Assembly (NCBI GenBank): GCA_900088475.1
Contig: FLMG01000787.1
Location: forward strand, 98,871-162,870
Reading direction: 5' to 3'
DNA from: Hyphochytrium catenoides
Lineage: Eukaryota > Protista > Hyphochytriomycota
Length of the DNA stretch: 64,000 nucleotides
The translations under genes were made by a program, and so were the position numbers. The notes below the pieces were generated by a model. That model did no database searches. It had not been told where the DNA came from and worked only from the letters and a program-made list of their open reading frames with translations. Shown here one piece after another: positions 50,038-60,730 of this stretch; the first letter of the stretch is position 1, and every line of letters begins with the position of its first letter.

Positions 50038-51903
50038 TCATCTCTTGCCCGTATGGAACTTGTACAATACGAATGCGAATAGCGCCTGGAATCCTACAAC
50101 GAAGGCACAGAGGATGAGCATATCCTGCCAAATCTCAACGTCGTCCATGTTGTAGCTCTTGAGCAGCTCCGGATCAGTGTCTTTGAACTCGTTGTACATG
50201 AACATGCGGAAGGAGTAGGTATGGAACCCTAGGTAATAGCCCCACACCCAGTAGTCAGGAATGTTTGGCTTCCGAATAAGGTATCCTTCGCACAGCATGA
50301 ACATGCCATAGAATCCGGCTCCAAGAGCCATGCCAATGATATAATGTGGCACCAATGCAGCCATCAGCTGCATGAACGATTCCGCAACTACAAGTGAGAG
50401 GAACAGATTGAGGAAGAATATGCCGAAACCATTGAGCCCTGCTAGCGGCACCACAAATGCTGTTGATATAATAGCAATCAGAGCGATGCCGGGCAGCGAC
50501 TGGAAGAACTTGGCAGCCACAAACGGAGTCACTCGGAACATGCCATTGGCCCTCTCTCGGACAAAGACGGCTCTCTCCTGGATAAAGAATGGAAGAACCG
50601 CGACTGACATGAAGACCAGAAAGGCGGCGACGTAGAAGAGGAGAGAAGTCTTCTCCATGTTGGTTATATCCGCAGATGCTGTGTCAAGATACATTGTTCC
50701 GCACATGAAGGCCAATATGGTGTACATCAGGAGCCGAACCCATAGTACTCCTGGGTTACGAAGGTTATCGAGGAAGGTCCGATGAGAGAGTACAAAGAAT
50801 TGAGTCAGTGGTGAAGTTAAATACTTCGATGAGAACCCAGTAGGATCCACTCCGTCCATCGTTGCGTCGCGCTCGACAATTTGCTTCTGCAAGGTTGAAT
50901 AGCGCTGGCTGCCTTCAAAGTCCTTGATAAGCTTGGGAACGTCCGCATGGTTGGGGAAATCGGTATTAATTAGTCCTAGAGCATAGTCCGCAGGGTTCGT
51001 GTACTGAGGACAAACATAGCCTAGGTCCGCTAGATAGCCAACCACTTCGTTGCCAGAGCCGTAGAAGATAGTTCTCCCCTTTGAGAGTAGGAGAACAGTG
51101 TCTGATAGAGACCAGATTTCAGAGGAAGGCTGATGAATCGTAGTGACGATTGTATGACCAAGTTGAGCTAAGGTTCTAAGGTGCTTCACAATCTCCAGAG
51201 CTGAAGCCGAGTCTAGACCAGACGTAGGCTCATCGAGAAAGAGCAAACTGGGCCTTTTGATAAGCTCCACCGCAATGCTGAGTCTGCGCTTCTGGCCCCC
51301 AGACAGTCCCTTGAAGAAGATATCACCGACGCGTGTATTCGTTGCGTCCTCCAGCCCCATGTCTTGAATAACAGTCTCTACGATCTTGCTTCTTTCGCAT
51401 GCCTTCGTAGACCCAATGTATAGTCTGGCAGCAAAGCAGAGCGTTTCTTTGACGGAGAAGACTCCCATTAGGGAGTCGTCCTGGGGTACGTAGCTTGATA
51501 TCCTTTGGAACCAGCGATCCCTCGGCTTTCCGTTGATCAGGACGTCTCCTACTAAGTTTCCGCTTTTAACTCGATCCGCCAGAATGTCTAGAAGAGTGGT
51601 CTTGCCGCAGCCGGATGGCCCCATCACCATTAAGACATGACCCGGAGGCGCTCTTCCTGAAACGTTGTCAAGGATGACCTTCCTCGCTTTCTTCTCTTTG
51701 CTCAACTTGTCTGCCACATCGTAACGCAGGCCGTTCCACGAAATAGTGATTGGCTTAAGGATCTCATGGCAGGTATTCAGGCCGTGATGGTCCTGCTCTA
51801 AGGATGCGCCTCCTCCAGCTTCTACATCTGCCTTGTACGCCTTATAGTCTGTAGCTGGTGGCAAGGCATCAACAGTTTCGGGCTCGTTCGCTCCTGCCGT
51901 CAT
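50038..51903 (-). CDS. ABCG (White-like) half-size ABC transporter, intronless, ~621 aa
   Basis: NBD-TMD order. Walker A GPSGCGKTT, signature LSGGQKRR, Walker B LLFLDEPTSGLDS, TIHQPS and NPADY, followed by about 6 TM helices. The first ATG is at 51903; the ORF-track start at 51972 is TTG. Confidence 0.93.
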   Translation of the reverse strand: MTAGANEPETVDALPPATDYKAYKADVEAGGGASLEQDHHGLNTCHEILKPITISWNGLRYDVADKLSKEKKARKVILDNVSGRAPPGHVLMVMGPSGCGKTTLLDILADRVKSGNLVGDVLINGKPRDRWFQRISSYVPQDDSLMGVFSVKETLCFAARLYIGSTKACERSKIVETVIQDMGLEDATNTRVGDIFFKGLSGGQKRRLSIAVELIKRPSLLFLDEPTSGLDSASALEIVKHLRTLAQLGHTIVTTIHQPSSEIWSLSDTVLLLSKGRTIFYGSGNEVVGYLADLGYVCPQYTNPADYALGLINTDFPNHADVPKLIKDFEGSQRYSTLQKQIVERDATMDGVDPTGFSSKYLTSPLTQFFVLSHRTFLDNLRNPGVLWVRLLMYTILAFMCGTMYLDTASADITNMEKTSLLFYVAAFLVFMSVAVLPFFIQERAVFVRERANGMFRVTPFVAAKFFQSLPGIALIAIISTAFVVPLAGLNGFGIFFLNLFLSLVVAESFMQLMAALVPHYIIGMALGAGFYGMFMLCEGYLIRKPNIPDYWVWGYYLGFHTYSFRMFMYNEFKDTDPELLKSYNMDDVEIWQDMLILCAFVVGFQALFAFVLYKFHTGKR

Positions 51904-52379
51904 CGCAGTTATGAAGCGGCACACCTCGGACAGTATGAGCGGGATCCAACGGCGACGGTTATGAGGTATCAAGTGGCTCCTACTACGCTAGTTGAGTGGC
52001 GTGTGTTCGAGCTTGCAAGTTGTACAATGATGAGGGGTGATGAAGAGCCCAGATTCTAAGCACAGCGAAGGGAAAAGAGGCCTAGTTCTAATACTTAGAC
52101 CACCTAACAAAAGCTACTTCGGTCTCTCCGAGGGGGAAGCTTATGGAAGAAATCTGCAGCTGGGAGTGCCGACCCTCAGGGTTATAAGCGCTTCACCCTT
52201 CGCCCAGGAAACAGATGGCGAAAGAGAACAGGGGCCACTGTCCTTCATGGGAAAAGTGATGATAGCTCTGGGGAGTTGCTTGAGGACGGATGACCAGGCG
52301 ACCAGGCACAGGAAACATCAACCTCATTCTATCTGCTTGTTACCCACCAAATAAATAAAGCAGCCCTGGCTACTATCTC

Positions 52380-52445
52380 TGTTCTTCTCTCTCTCTCTCT
52401 CTGTGTCTCTGTGTCTCTCTGTCTCTGTCTCTCTCTCCTGTCTCT
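52380..52445. repeat. (CT)n/(CTGT)n microsatellite
   Basis: Visible CT dinucleotide run upstream of the ABCG gene. Confidence 0.85.
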
Positions 52446-54145
52446 ATTTCTGTCCCACTCGACAACGCCCCCACAATTCTCATCACCCTCCTATCTCTGT
52501 CTGTCTCCGTTCTTTGCTCTGTCTGTCCTGTACCCGTCTACCACACAACTTTGATCCCGCATCTCCCATCCCTGTCTTTCTCCTTCTCTTCTTATCTCAG
52601 GAGAACGATCTGCAGCCCGTAGTTCCTATATCTCTTCCTTGACTCACTTCATGCCTCACAGGGTCTAGTTCCGCTCTCTGTCTCTCAGGTCAGTTTAGCA
52701 CTACATCTTGATGTCCAAACCTGCTCCTCCCTATACTCATACCTGTACCAGGCAGTAGTCCAGCTGGTGCCTCAGGTCCCAGACCCTCCCTGATCTCGCC
52801 CTTGTGGCCGCGCCATCACTCCTCTCTATCCATTCTCTATGAAGTGTCCACTCCATTATTATCACATTGTATTATTATCACTCACAATGATAATAAGAAG
52901 ACTAAGAGCTAATAATAACCTAGGAGAACAACTAAGGAAATGAACAGTGAGAATAACAGAAGAAGGGCGTTGTCCTAACCCTAAGCGCTAGATGGGGTTT
53001 GTGAAGCAACGAAGCAACGTCATTGGATAATAATCGCTCCGTTCTGGGTCAAGCAAGGATCTTAGTATCTCTCCTTGAATAGAACTATCTATGGGCTAGC
53101 ACTACTTTGTCTCTTGTTAGGCCTGTTGGGGATACCAGCTGGTGAGTCCAAAATCCTGTCTGTACAAGAATGTTTTCCTTTTTTACCTGCAGTCTTCCTA
53201 AAGAGCATCTCCAAGGGTTTTCAAACCAGCTATCGTACTCGTACTTGTACCAGCTGGAAACAATTTTTGGTTCTTCATATCAGGCCGTATTATTCAAAAG
53301 TAAGACCAAATCTGGCCACTTTATTCAGCATAACCGCCAAACCATCATCACGCATGGACACTCATCCAGCTGTTGGTCGTTGAAAGGTTGATTTGCCATT
53401 GATTTTCTCAGGCTTGTAATTGTGTGGAGTCAACCAATGACAAAAGCGGTACCAAGACCTGTTCTAGCCTGTCCCTGTGGGAGAGAGGCAAAAAAAGCAG
53501 AACCAAAGTTCTAAGAACCCCACAACGTTATCAACACAAAATACTAAGATTGAGTTTTAAAGCGATAACCTTTATCATTGATGAACAATTATTGTCGAAT
53601 CTGGACGATCGATTATTAGGAATCTGCCCTTTCCACATTTTGAAATTGGTCTCCCTCCTTTCCCTTGGAAAAAGTCCTTTCCATGGTCTTTCTTTTCCCT
53701 CTTCTTACGGATACTCTCGGTCACTGTGAAGCAGCGGCAAGGCGCCCACTGACAGCCGAGAGCAGCCGACGGGAAGGACCCTTCATACGTGCTGTCGGTG
53801 TGCCTTGCATTCTGATGACCATGGTACCACCTGCTGATGAGCAAGCAGCTCGTATGCAGATGCACAAGCACCACTTGAGGGCATTGCAAGGCTCAAGATC
53901 ATCCTGCTTGGTGCGCCTCTTTCGTTATCTTCTTGTAGGCCACAGTAGCTTCAAGGTGGCGGTTCTTCAGGAGTCGTTGCTCCAGCAGGCAGTAGTGGTC
54001 GTTAAGTCAAACAGTGAGACGATGCTTCTTTTTTCCAACAAAGCTCTGCGGTAACTAGAGGCATAGCCTTACATCGCTTCTGGTATATCAGAGAGGACGC
54101 ACTCAGTACCGCTGAAGAAAGAATGACACTGGCGCCCTGCTGCTA

Positions 54146-56275
54146 ATGGAGGAAGACCGGAAGAACTGCTCACCTCAAGCAGATCCCGCTGCCGAAAAGG
54201 AGCGGCTAGACTTCACCTTCACCCAGATTGCCTCGTGTCCTCTCTCAGCAGATATTAAGGAGAGGCTTCTTAGGTGTACAGTACAGAAGATAGCTGAATG
54301 TAAGACCCCCACAACCCTGCTGTTACGCAATAGCACTGTCCGCTGATGCCGGTACCCATCCTTCCCTGCCAGTGGCAAAGTTCCAGGACGAGATTCTAGA
54401 GCTAGGTGGTCATGAACGGGACGTGACCGTGTACTTAGAGACTCTTCTTACCTCAGAGGAGGCGAACACCTCAGGTGGGATGTCAGTACGTCGCTGCGGT
54501 CGTGTTCAGCAGGAAAAGACTAATTACCGACTGTCGCCCACAGATTTTGCCAAGAGGAAAATTCGAGCCTTTCAACGAGACTTCGATGGGCGTCTGCAGA
54601 CTGTTAAAGAGCAGGTCCTACTTCTCCGAAGCTTGGTTGACGGGATGCGCTCAAAGATTAAGCAGGTAGAGACACTTTGTGCTCTTGCTCCTGCGCGAGG
54701 AAGGACTAAAGGAGACGACTCTGTAGGGAGCATGGCCCGAGCAGAAGAAGGATATCGCGGTGGCAAGTCTCAAGAGACACATAAAGATGTTGAATAGGTG
54801 CAAGACTACCCCTTCCAGCGCCAAACTGCAGCTTGACCTTGGCCTTTCTAAGGTTTACTTTCTCTTTATACTTTGCCTCGTATTCCATTCACGGCTTACG
54901 TCTATCACCGACATTCCCATTAGTCTATCCAGACGCTGTCTATCCATATTAAGGAGTTACAGAAGTTCAATGCGGAGGTGGATGCACTTCACAGAAGTAA
55001 GAGAAGAACCTGATCCCTCCCAATTGCCATAGAGCTTACATCTCCCTTACATCTTCACTCTCGTTGCAGTGATGAACAAGATACGGGCAGAGTCAGCAAA
55101 ACTAGAGGAACTTCACCAGGTCTGTCTGTCAGACAAAAGGAAGTGAGTGAACCGGTGTCGATGCTCAATGAGGAACCTACAGAGAGTAGAGACACGCGTG
55201 TGAGGGATGTCTTCACAAGGTGTAGGAGTGTTCTCTGAACAGAATGAAGCAACAGACAGACAAGATGGTCTCGGATGAAGGATTTACTTACCATAGCGAC
55301 TAACGAACCCTTGATAAGATTGATCCCGAAGAGCTTGAGATTGCCTGGGAAGCCATGTTGCACCGTCTTGAGATTGACCCTCTCTCTGAGGTCATCACCT
55401 CCGCTCGCGAGGTGCTCAATGATGTCGAGGACAAAGCAAACAAAGCTATAGCCAAAACTAAGGAAGAAAAGCAGCGGGTCGAGATGGAGAACCGTCGGCT
55501 GAAGGCCCTTATTGATGGCGGTGCGGCAGGGTACGCTATGCTTACGCGACACGGGTCATAATGTCCGGTCGACTAACAGGTCCATGACCCGTTAGGAAGA
55601 ACTCTACGCGCAGCTCAAAGAGAGGCATTGACAAGGAGGTGTCCAATTCCGACACTCCTGCTAGGAGAGCCTCTAGACCGAGCTCTGGCCGTAGGAGCCT
55701 TCCAAATGGCGCTAGCAGGGGGATGAATACTCCAGAAAACAAGTCTTTTAGAAAGGCGGTGACATCCTCAATGAAAAAGAAGCCCGGCATATCTTCAGCA
55801 GGCCTTCCACCTACAAGATCCGCCACCACCGCACTAAAAGAAGATGCTGCTGCTAGCGAAAGGCATAGTTCCAGAACGCGCCGTTCCTCGTACATGCCTC
55901 CTACAAGGCGGTATGTTGTCTCTTCCCTCCCCTCTTTTTGATGCCCTATGTTTTGCCGCTTGAGCCTCTCTAATGATGTTAAATTCTAGGTATACAATCG
56001 GTGGAGAGAGTGCAGGTTTACCTCTGGAGGGCCAGCCGCCAGGACAGAGTTCAGGCCTGGCAAAGGTAGCAGAAAGCGCACGCAAGACAGCTCGTCGCCC
56101 TTCAGTTCCAACAAAGCCCAAACCGCTAGCTTTTGGATCCCGTCTAGATTCACGCCGCTCGGACCCTACGGAGTGGTTGCAGGACAAGATATCCGTGGAG
56201 TGCTCCACCGAGAAGCTTGACCCCATAGATATCCCTACGTCTGCGAAGGCTGGGCCGCTAGGTCGCGCAGCGTGA
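54146..56275 (+). CDS. Uncharacterised coiled-coil protein with a basic S/R/P-rich tail, ~8 exons
   Basis: Phase-compatible GT-AG joins give MEEDRKN...KIAE|LAKFQDEIL...|DFAKRKIRAFQ...KIKQ|TLSIHIKELQK...|...LEELHQ|IDPEELEIAWEAMLHRLEID...|...RRSSYMPPTRR|YTIGG...GRAA*. Confidence 0.6.
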
Positions 56276-56869
56276 CGGCAGATGACGTTCATTCTTCAAA
56301 GTACATTAATTATAGACTCTTCTATGACCGCGACTGGCACGTTGAAGAACCTTCCTCAAACCTATGTCACCTGCAGGACTAACCCTTAGGCTCTATTTAC
56401 TCCCGTGCTTCCTTGTTAACTCATCATCGTTAGTTTGCTCGGGGCCATCCTGGACCCGGACAGGCAAGCGTGAACCCTCCTGTTCCTGTTCATTTCTCTC
56501 AATATGCCGTTCATTAGCTCGTTTCAGTGCATTGGATAGGGGATTGTCAAGACAAACAGGTAGTGCAGAGAGCTGGATCGGCGCTAATGACTCATAATTT
56601 TTGGGACGTAGAAGAGATTGATGGCTATCTGTTTCCCGTTGCGCTCTTGGTCGAAGTGCAATGCACTTGAGCGAGCTTCCTTTGTTTTTCGTGAGTCTTA
56701 AACCTTGCTCCCTTCCCTTGTTCTATGTCGTTCCTCGGCGCACTTAGCTCGGCTCTACATCTTATACAACGCTTCTCCTGAATAAAGTATCTTCTCTACC
56801 TCCATTCGTCGTTTCTCTATGGCTCAGGGTGTCTTCCTTCTCTCTTCCTCTCCTCCTCTACGGAGTATC

Positions 56870-57008
56870 TCTTTTGTCTTTTTCTCCGCTCATCTTCTCT
56901 CTTCTCCTAATCTCTCTCTCTCTCTGTCTCTCTCTCTCTCGGTCTCTCTCTCCCTCAATCTCTCTCTCCCTCGGTCTCTCTCTTCTCTTTCTCTCTCCCC
57001 CTTCTCTC

Positions 57009-57041
<33 letters not shown>

Positions 57042-57048
57042 CTCTCTC

Positions 57049-57082
<34 letters not shown>

Positions 57083-57090
57083 CTCTCGCT
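56870..57090. repeat. Long imperfect (CT)n microsatellite / polypyrimidine tract
   Basis: About 200 bp almost entirely C/T on the + strand, upstream of the G-alpha gene. Confidence 0.9.
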
Positions 57091-57869
57091 AATCCCCTCC
57101 CATACACCACTTCCCTTCTGTTGGCTTCCCTCCTGTCATCCTTCCAAGGCCAACAGGATTCTCATCCTCCGTCCGTTACACTCCCATGACAGTAGTAATA
57201 TGATCTGTCTCACCTCTTTATATCGTGATCTGTCCTTTAGGAGAGGAACTTGTAGTAAGCGTATTATTAGGGCTCCTTGATCGGTTTTGGGCGTGAGAAA
57301 GAGCAGCGCACTGGGAGACGGGAGACGGCAGCGCTAGCGCTATAGCGCGACAGGCGCCCAGTGGTTCTTCATCAAAGAAGTTATAGAGCTCGATAACTCT
57401 TGGCTATCATCGTAGCTGTCCTTTGAGCAGCCGTCACGAGGATGATCGTCAGTCTCTGCTCTGCCGTCGTTCTTCGCGTTCAATATTAAAGGTCGCAGTC
57501 GTGTCTCAGCAGTCATCCTACCTCCCTGATCGTCTCGCCCATCGGACACAGGCTACCAGGGTTAGTCTCTCCTAAAGCTGCTAGTACGTGAGAGCAAACT
57601 GGTTCTCATCCGCTTAGGGTGCTAGTAGTTGGTCTTAATGAAGACAGCCCGTCTTAGCGCAACTATGCGGGCAATAGTTCCACCACCACCGCCTCAGTAA
57701 GGGGAGCACTGGGGTTATCTCCTCCTCTCCGGGGTCTGTTCTCACTAGAGTCCTTGGCACAGGTGCTAGCTGTGGTACCAGGACTGCCAAGCTACTGACT
57801 GACACACCCTCCGTGGTGGCGGTGGGTCTCTCTCTCTCAAAGGATAAGTTAGAAACCACAGAGGTCACC

Positions 57870-58937
57870 ATGGGGGCGTGCAGCTCTAAGGTTTCAGACG
57901 AGGAGGCGAAAGAGCGGGAGGTAAACGATGAATTGGACCAAAAGAATAGGCAAGACGCCATTGTAGAGTCACAGAAAGTAAAGCTTCTCCTACTGGGCGC
58001 CGGAGAGAGCGGGAAGTCCACTATATTTAAGCAGATGAAGCAGCTCTATGGCTCTCCTCTCACCATAGACGAGAAACGACAGATCACGAACGTCGTTTTC
58101 GCCAACATCTTCCAGACAATGAAAATTCTCTGCGATCAGGTGCAGAAGCTAGGTTATGCTGACAAGTTTACTCATCAGGAAGCTCGAGACTATATCTTAG
58201 GAATCAGGGATGAGACTCGCTTCGATCAGGAAGCAGGAAGGCGTCTGAAGGAGCTCTGGCATGATGAAGCCATTCAGCTGACGTGGAAGAAGAGATCCAA
58301 GTTCTTTGTGCTCGAATCCAGTGCTTACTTCTTTGACAAGGTAGACGAGCTATCGAAGCCAGGGTACATCGTCAGTGATAGAGACGTCCTCATGGCACGA
58401 GTTCGAACGACTGGGATTGTGGAAGAGTCGTACCTCATCAACGGAGTGCAGTTCTGCATCTTTGATGTGGGAGGGCAGCGGAATGAGAGAAAGAAGTGGA
58501 TTCACTGCTTTGAAGACGTCACTGCGGTGATCTTTGTGGCTGCGCTGAGCGAGTATGACCAGCATCTTTTTGAGGATGCGTCCATGAATCGCATGGTAGA
58601 GGCCATACAACTGTTTGATGAGGTGTGCAACAACAAGTACTTCACTGAGAGCTCTATGATTCTCTTCCTCAACAAGCGCGACCTCTTCGATATCAAGATC
58701 CGCATTGTCAACATCAACGAAGTGGAGTGCTTTAGGGACTATACCGGGACGCTAGGAGACTTCGAAAGAGGCTGTGAGTACTTCTTGCAGAAGTTCCTGA
58801 GCAAGAACAAGACGCCGTTTGCTAGGGAAATCTACTACCATGTGACCTGTGCTACGGACTTAGAGAATGTTAGAGTTGTCTTTGACGCATGTAGAGACAT
58901 TATCTTGCAAGCCAATGTGACTGACTCCGGGCTGTAG
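57870..58937 (+). CDS. Heterotrimeric G-protein alpha subunit, intronless, 355 aa
   Basis: Start in CACCATGG context; MGACSSK provides a myristoylation Gly and a palmitoylation Cys. G1 GAGESGKST, switch I RVRTTGI, G3 DVGGQ, G4 NKRD, G5 TCAT. Confidence 0.96.
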   Translation: MGACSSKVSDEEAKEREVNDELDQKNRQDAIVESQKVKLLLLGAGESGKSTIFKQMKQLYGSPLTIDEKRQITNVVFANIFQTMKILCDQVQKLGYADKFTHQEARDYILGIRDETRFDQEAGRRLKELWHDEAIQLTWKKRSKFFVLESSAYFFDKVDELSKPGYIVSDRDVLMARVRTTGIVEESYLINGVQFCIFDVGGQRNERKKWIHCFEDVTAVIFVAALSEYDQHLFEDASMNRMVEAIQLFDEVCNNKYFTESSMILFLNKRDLFDIKIRIVNINEVECFRDYTGTLGDFERGCEYFLQKFLSKNKTPFAREIYYHVTCATDLENVRVVFDACRDIILQANVTDSGL

Positions 58938-59462
58938 ATCTGGTGCCGAAGAGAGGTACGATGAGAGAAATCGGGGATTCTTATCTTCTTGTCTCTTGAT
59001 TGAAAGCTATAAGGTCACGAGGCTGATTATGCCGCAAACGTCGCAAGGAGAGAGACGCAAGCCTTCATGTCTACCGTCTCGCTCCTTTCCCAAAGGCAGG
59101 ATTTATAAGCCACTCCATACTAGAAAAAGGCACTAATATATTTTCGAGAGCTGCCGCATTGTCGTTCCGCAATCTTTTCTCTCACCATCGGTAGAGCTGC
59201 AGCCGTGAAACCTTGCGAACCGGTCCCTGCGGGTGCTCGAGAGGACGTAGAATCAGGTCCTGCTGGAAGAATAGACAGCCGTACGGTTCGACTACGTCCT
59301 TCTTCCTTGTCCATTGCTAAGAAACATGCTTCGTAGAGTGGAGCGCAAGAGGGAATGATGGACCTTACAGTGACAATGTAACGCTGGAAAGGGCGTCAAT
59401 AGGTCACTCAGAAGGTGATAGAGAAAACGAGATGGTCCTCCCTCCCCGGCTGTTCACAGACC

Positions 59463-60402
59463 CTAGCCCGCCTTTCGCTTTTGCCTTCCGAGTCTTTTTT
59501 TGTTGGAATCCAGCATGCGAGTCTGGGTAGAGTTAAGAATAGACACACTGACAGGAAGTAAGGTTCATAGATGCGTCGCTAGACAGGGATACGAATGACA
59601 GAGAGAACCACGCTTCGTCAGAGCTGTGGAACATTATGAGAGACACAGCTATAAAAGAATCATCTCTAATAAGCTGCACCGGAGTCTAAAGAGAAGAGAC
59701 AGCGACCATAGCGGAGGACCATAGGAGAGAAGACACCGAGACAGAGCAAGAAGAGATGAAGAAAAAGACAAAGAGCGAGAAGCCATGAGAGGCCTGCTTT
59801 AAGACAGATAGCCGGTTGGAGTTGGATACATATCGATTCAGCTGGTCCACCATATGGACCGAATCGGGTATGTGGACATAAAGGACTTTGGTCCCTGGCA
59901 CAAAGAGTGTCTCCAGATCTATAACAATGCCCTAGGATGCCAACAGTTAGCGAGAGCTAGACCTTTCTAGCTTATTATAAAGGCGAAGGCGGATGGATGG
60001 CATGGAAGAATGACGAAGATTTGCTCAGGAGAATAAGGAAAAGACCCACAGCTCTTGACCAGGAGACCTACCGTGCTGGGCTCCCTTGTCCGGACTGCTG
60101 TCATAGTCAGGCTGGCAGAAGGCGCCAAAGATAAGCATTTGTCGGGAAAGTGATGAATTTGGCGAGGAAGGGAAGTGGTCAACACGTCGCTTTATTTAGA
60201 AAGGGGAGCCAGTGGTAGGATAGGATACTTACTTCATGCCTCTATCTATAAACTCTAGCAGCCCTTCGACCTGAAGCTCGTTCTTCAGCTCCACCAAGAT
60301 CACCTTACCAAGCAAGCTCTTAAGAAGTATCAGAAGCGAACGCAGATGCTGAGGCAGCTTCCTTCTCGACCCAGGCTCGGGAGCAGCCAAAGATTTCTCC
60401 AT
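59463..60402 (-). CDS. LSM10: U7 snRNA-associated Sm-like protein LSm10 homologue, 4 exons, 123 aa
   Basis: Exons 60402-60233, 60111-60072, 59931-59830 and 59522-59463 (GT-AG, phases compatible) give MEKSLAAPEPGSRRKLPQHLRSLLILLKSLLGKVILVELKNELQVEGLLEFIDRGMNLTMTAVRTREPSTGIVIDLETLFVPGTKVLYVHIPDSVHMVDQLNRYTRMLDSNKKRLGRQKRKAG*. Sm1 and Sm2 motifs carry the LSm10-type SLxILL and LFV.G....YVHIPD segments. The last exon is the least certain. Confidence 0.75.
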
Positions 60403-60610
60403 TGTTGGCTAACAGCTCACCGGGACCTTCGCATGCCCCCCGGCGCACGAGAGCTTCTACTGTCCCATTCCCTTCTGGCGCGGCTCCTTCTCCGCTCTTC
60501 CCGCTGCTCGTCTCTGAAGTATGCAGAAGCGCCAGAATCTTCAAAAGAGCTTGCAATCCCTGTATTCCCATTCCTTACAAAGTTAACGAGCATCTTCAGC
60601 AGTGAACTTT

Positions 60611-60730
60611 GCAATTGACGCATAATTGACAAATTTTACATGACGGTCAGACGTGAGGTACCTGTGTCAAAAAAGATTCATAACACCCAAACTGTCAATA
60701 TTAATTGCCGACGTGACGATTTGACTCCCC
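60611..60730. promoter_or_regulatory. TGAC/GTCA motif cluster upstream of LSm10
   Basis: Eight TGAC/GTCA sites in ~110 AT-rich bp, 210-330 bp upstream of the LSm10 ATG. Confidence 0.35.

Noticed and set aside
53086-53399. Selenoprotein or TGA-readthrough ORF
   Set aside because: No recognisable selenoprotein family, no redox motif and no SECIS evidence.
56819-57280. L/S-rich ORFs here and at 63621-63947
   Set aside because: They are translations of CT/GA microsatellites.
59820-59830. GTATCC donors (LSm10 intron 3, EML-like ~5793) as U12-type introns
   Set aside because: They read GTATCCAA and GTATCCCG rather than GTATCCTT, and no U12 branch site (TCCTTAAC) is evident.
60417-60632. Upstream ORF MSIMRQLQ...MLVNF as an LSm2-like first exon
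   Set aside because: An in-frame ATG at 60402 in good context (CAACAATGG) already gives a continuous LSm10-like N-terminus, and the C-terminal motif is LSm10-like.
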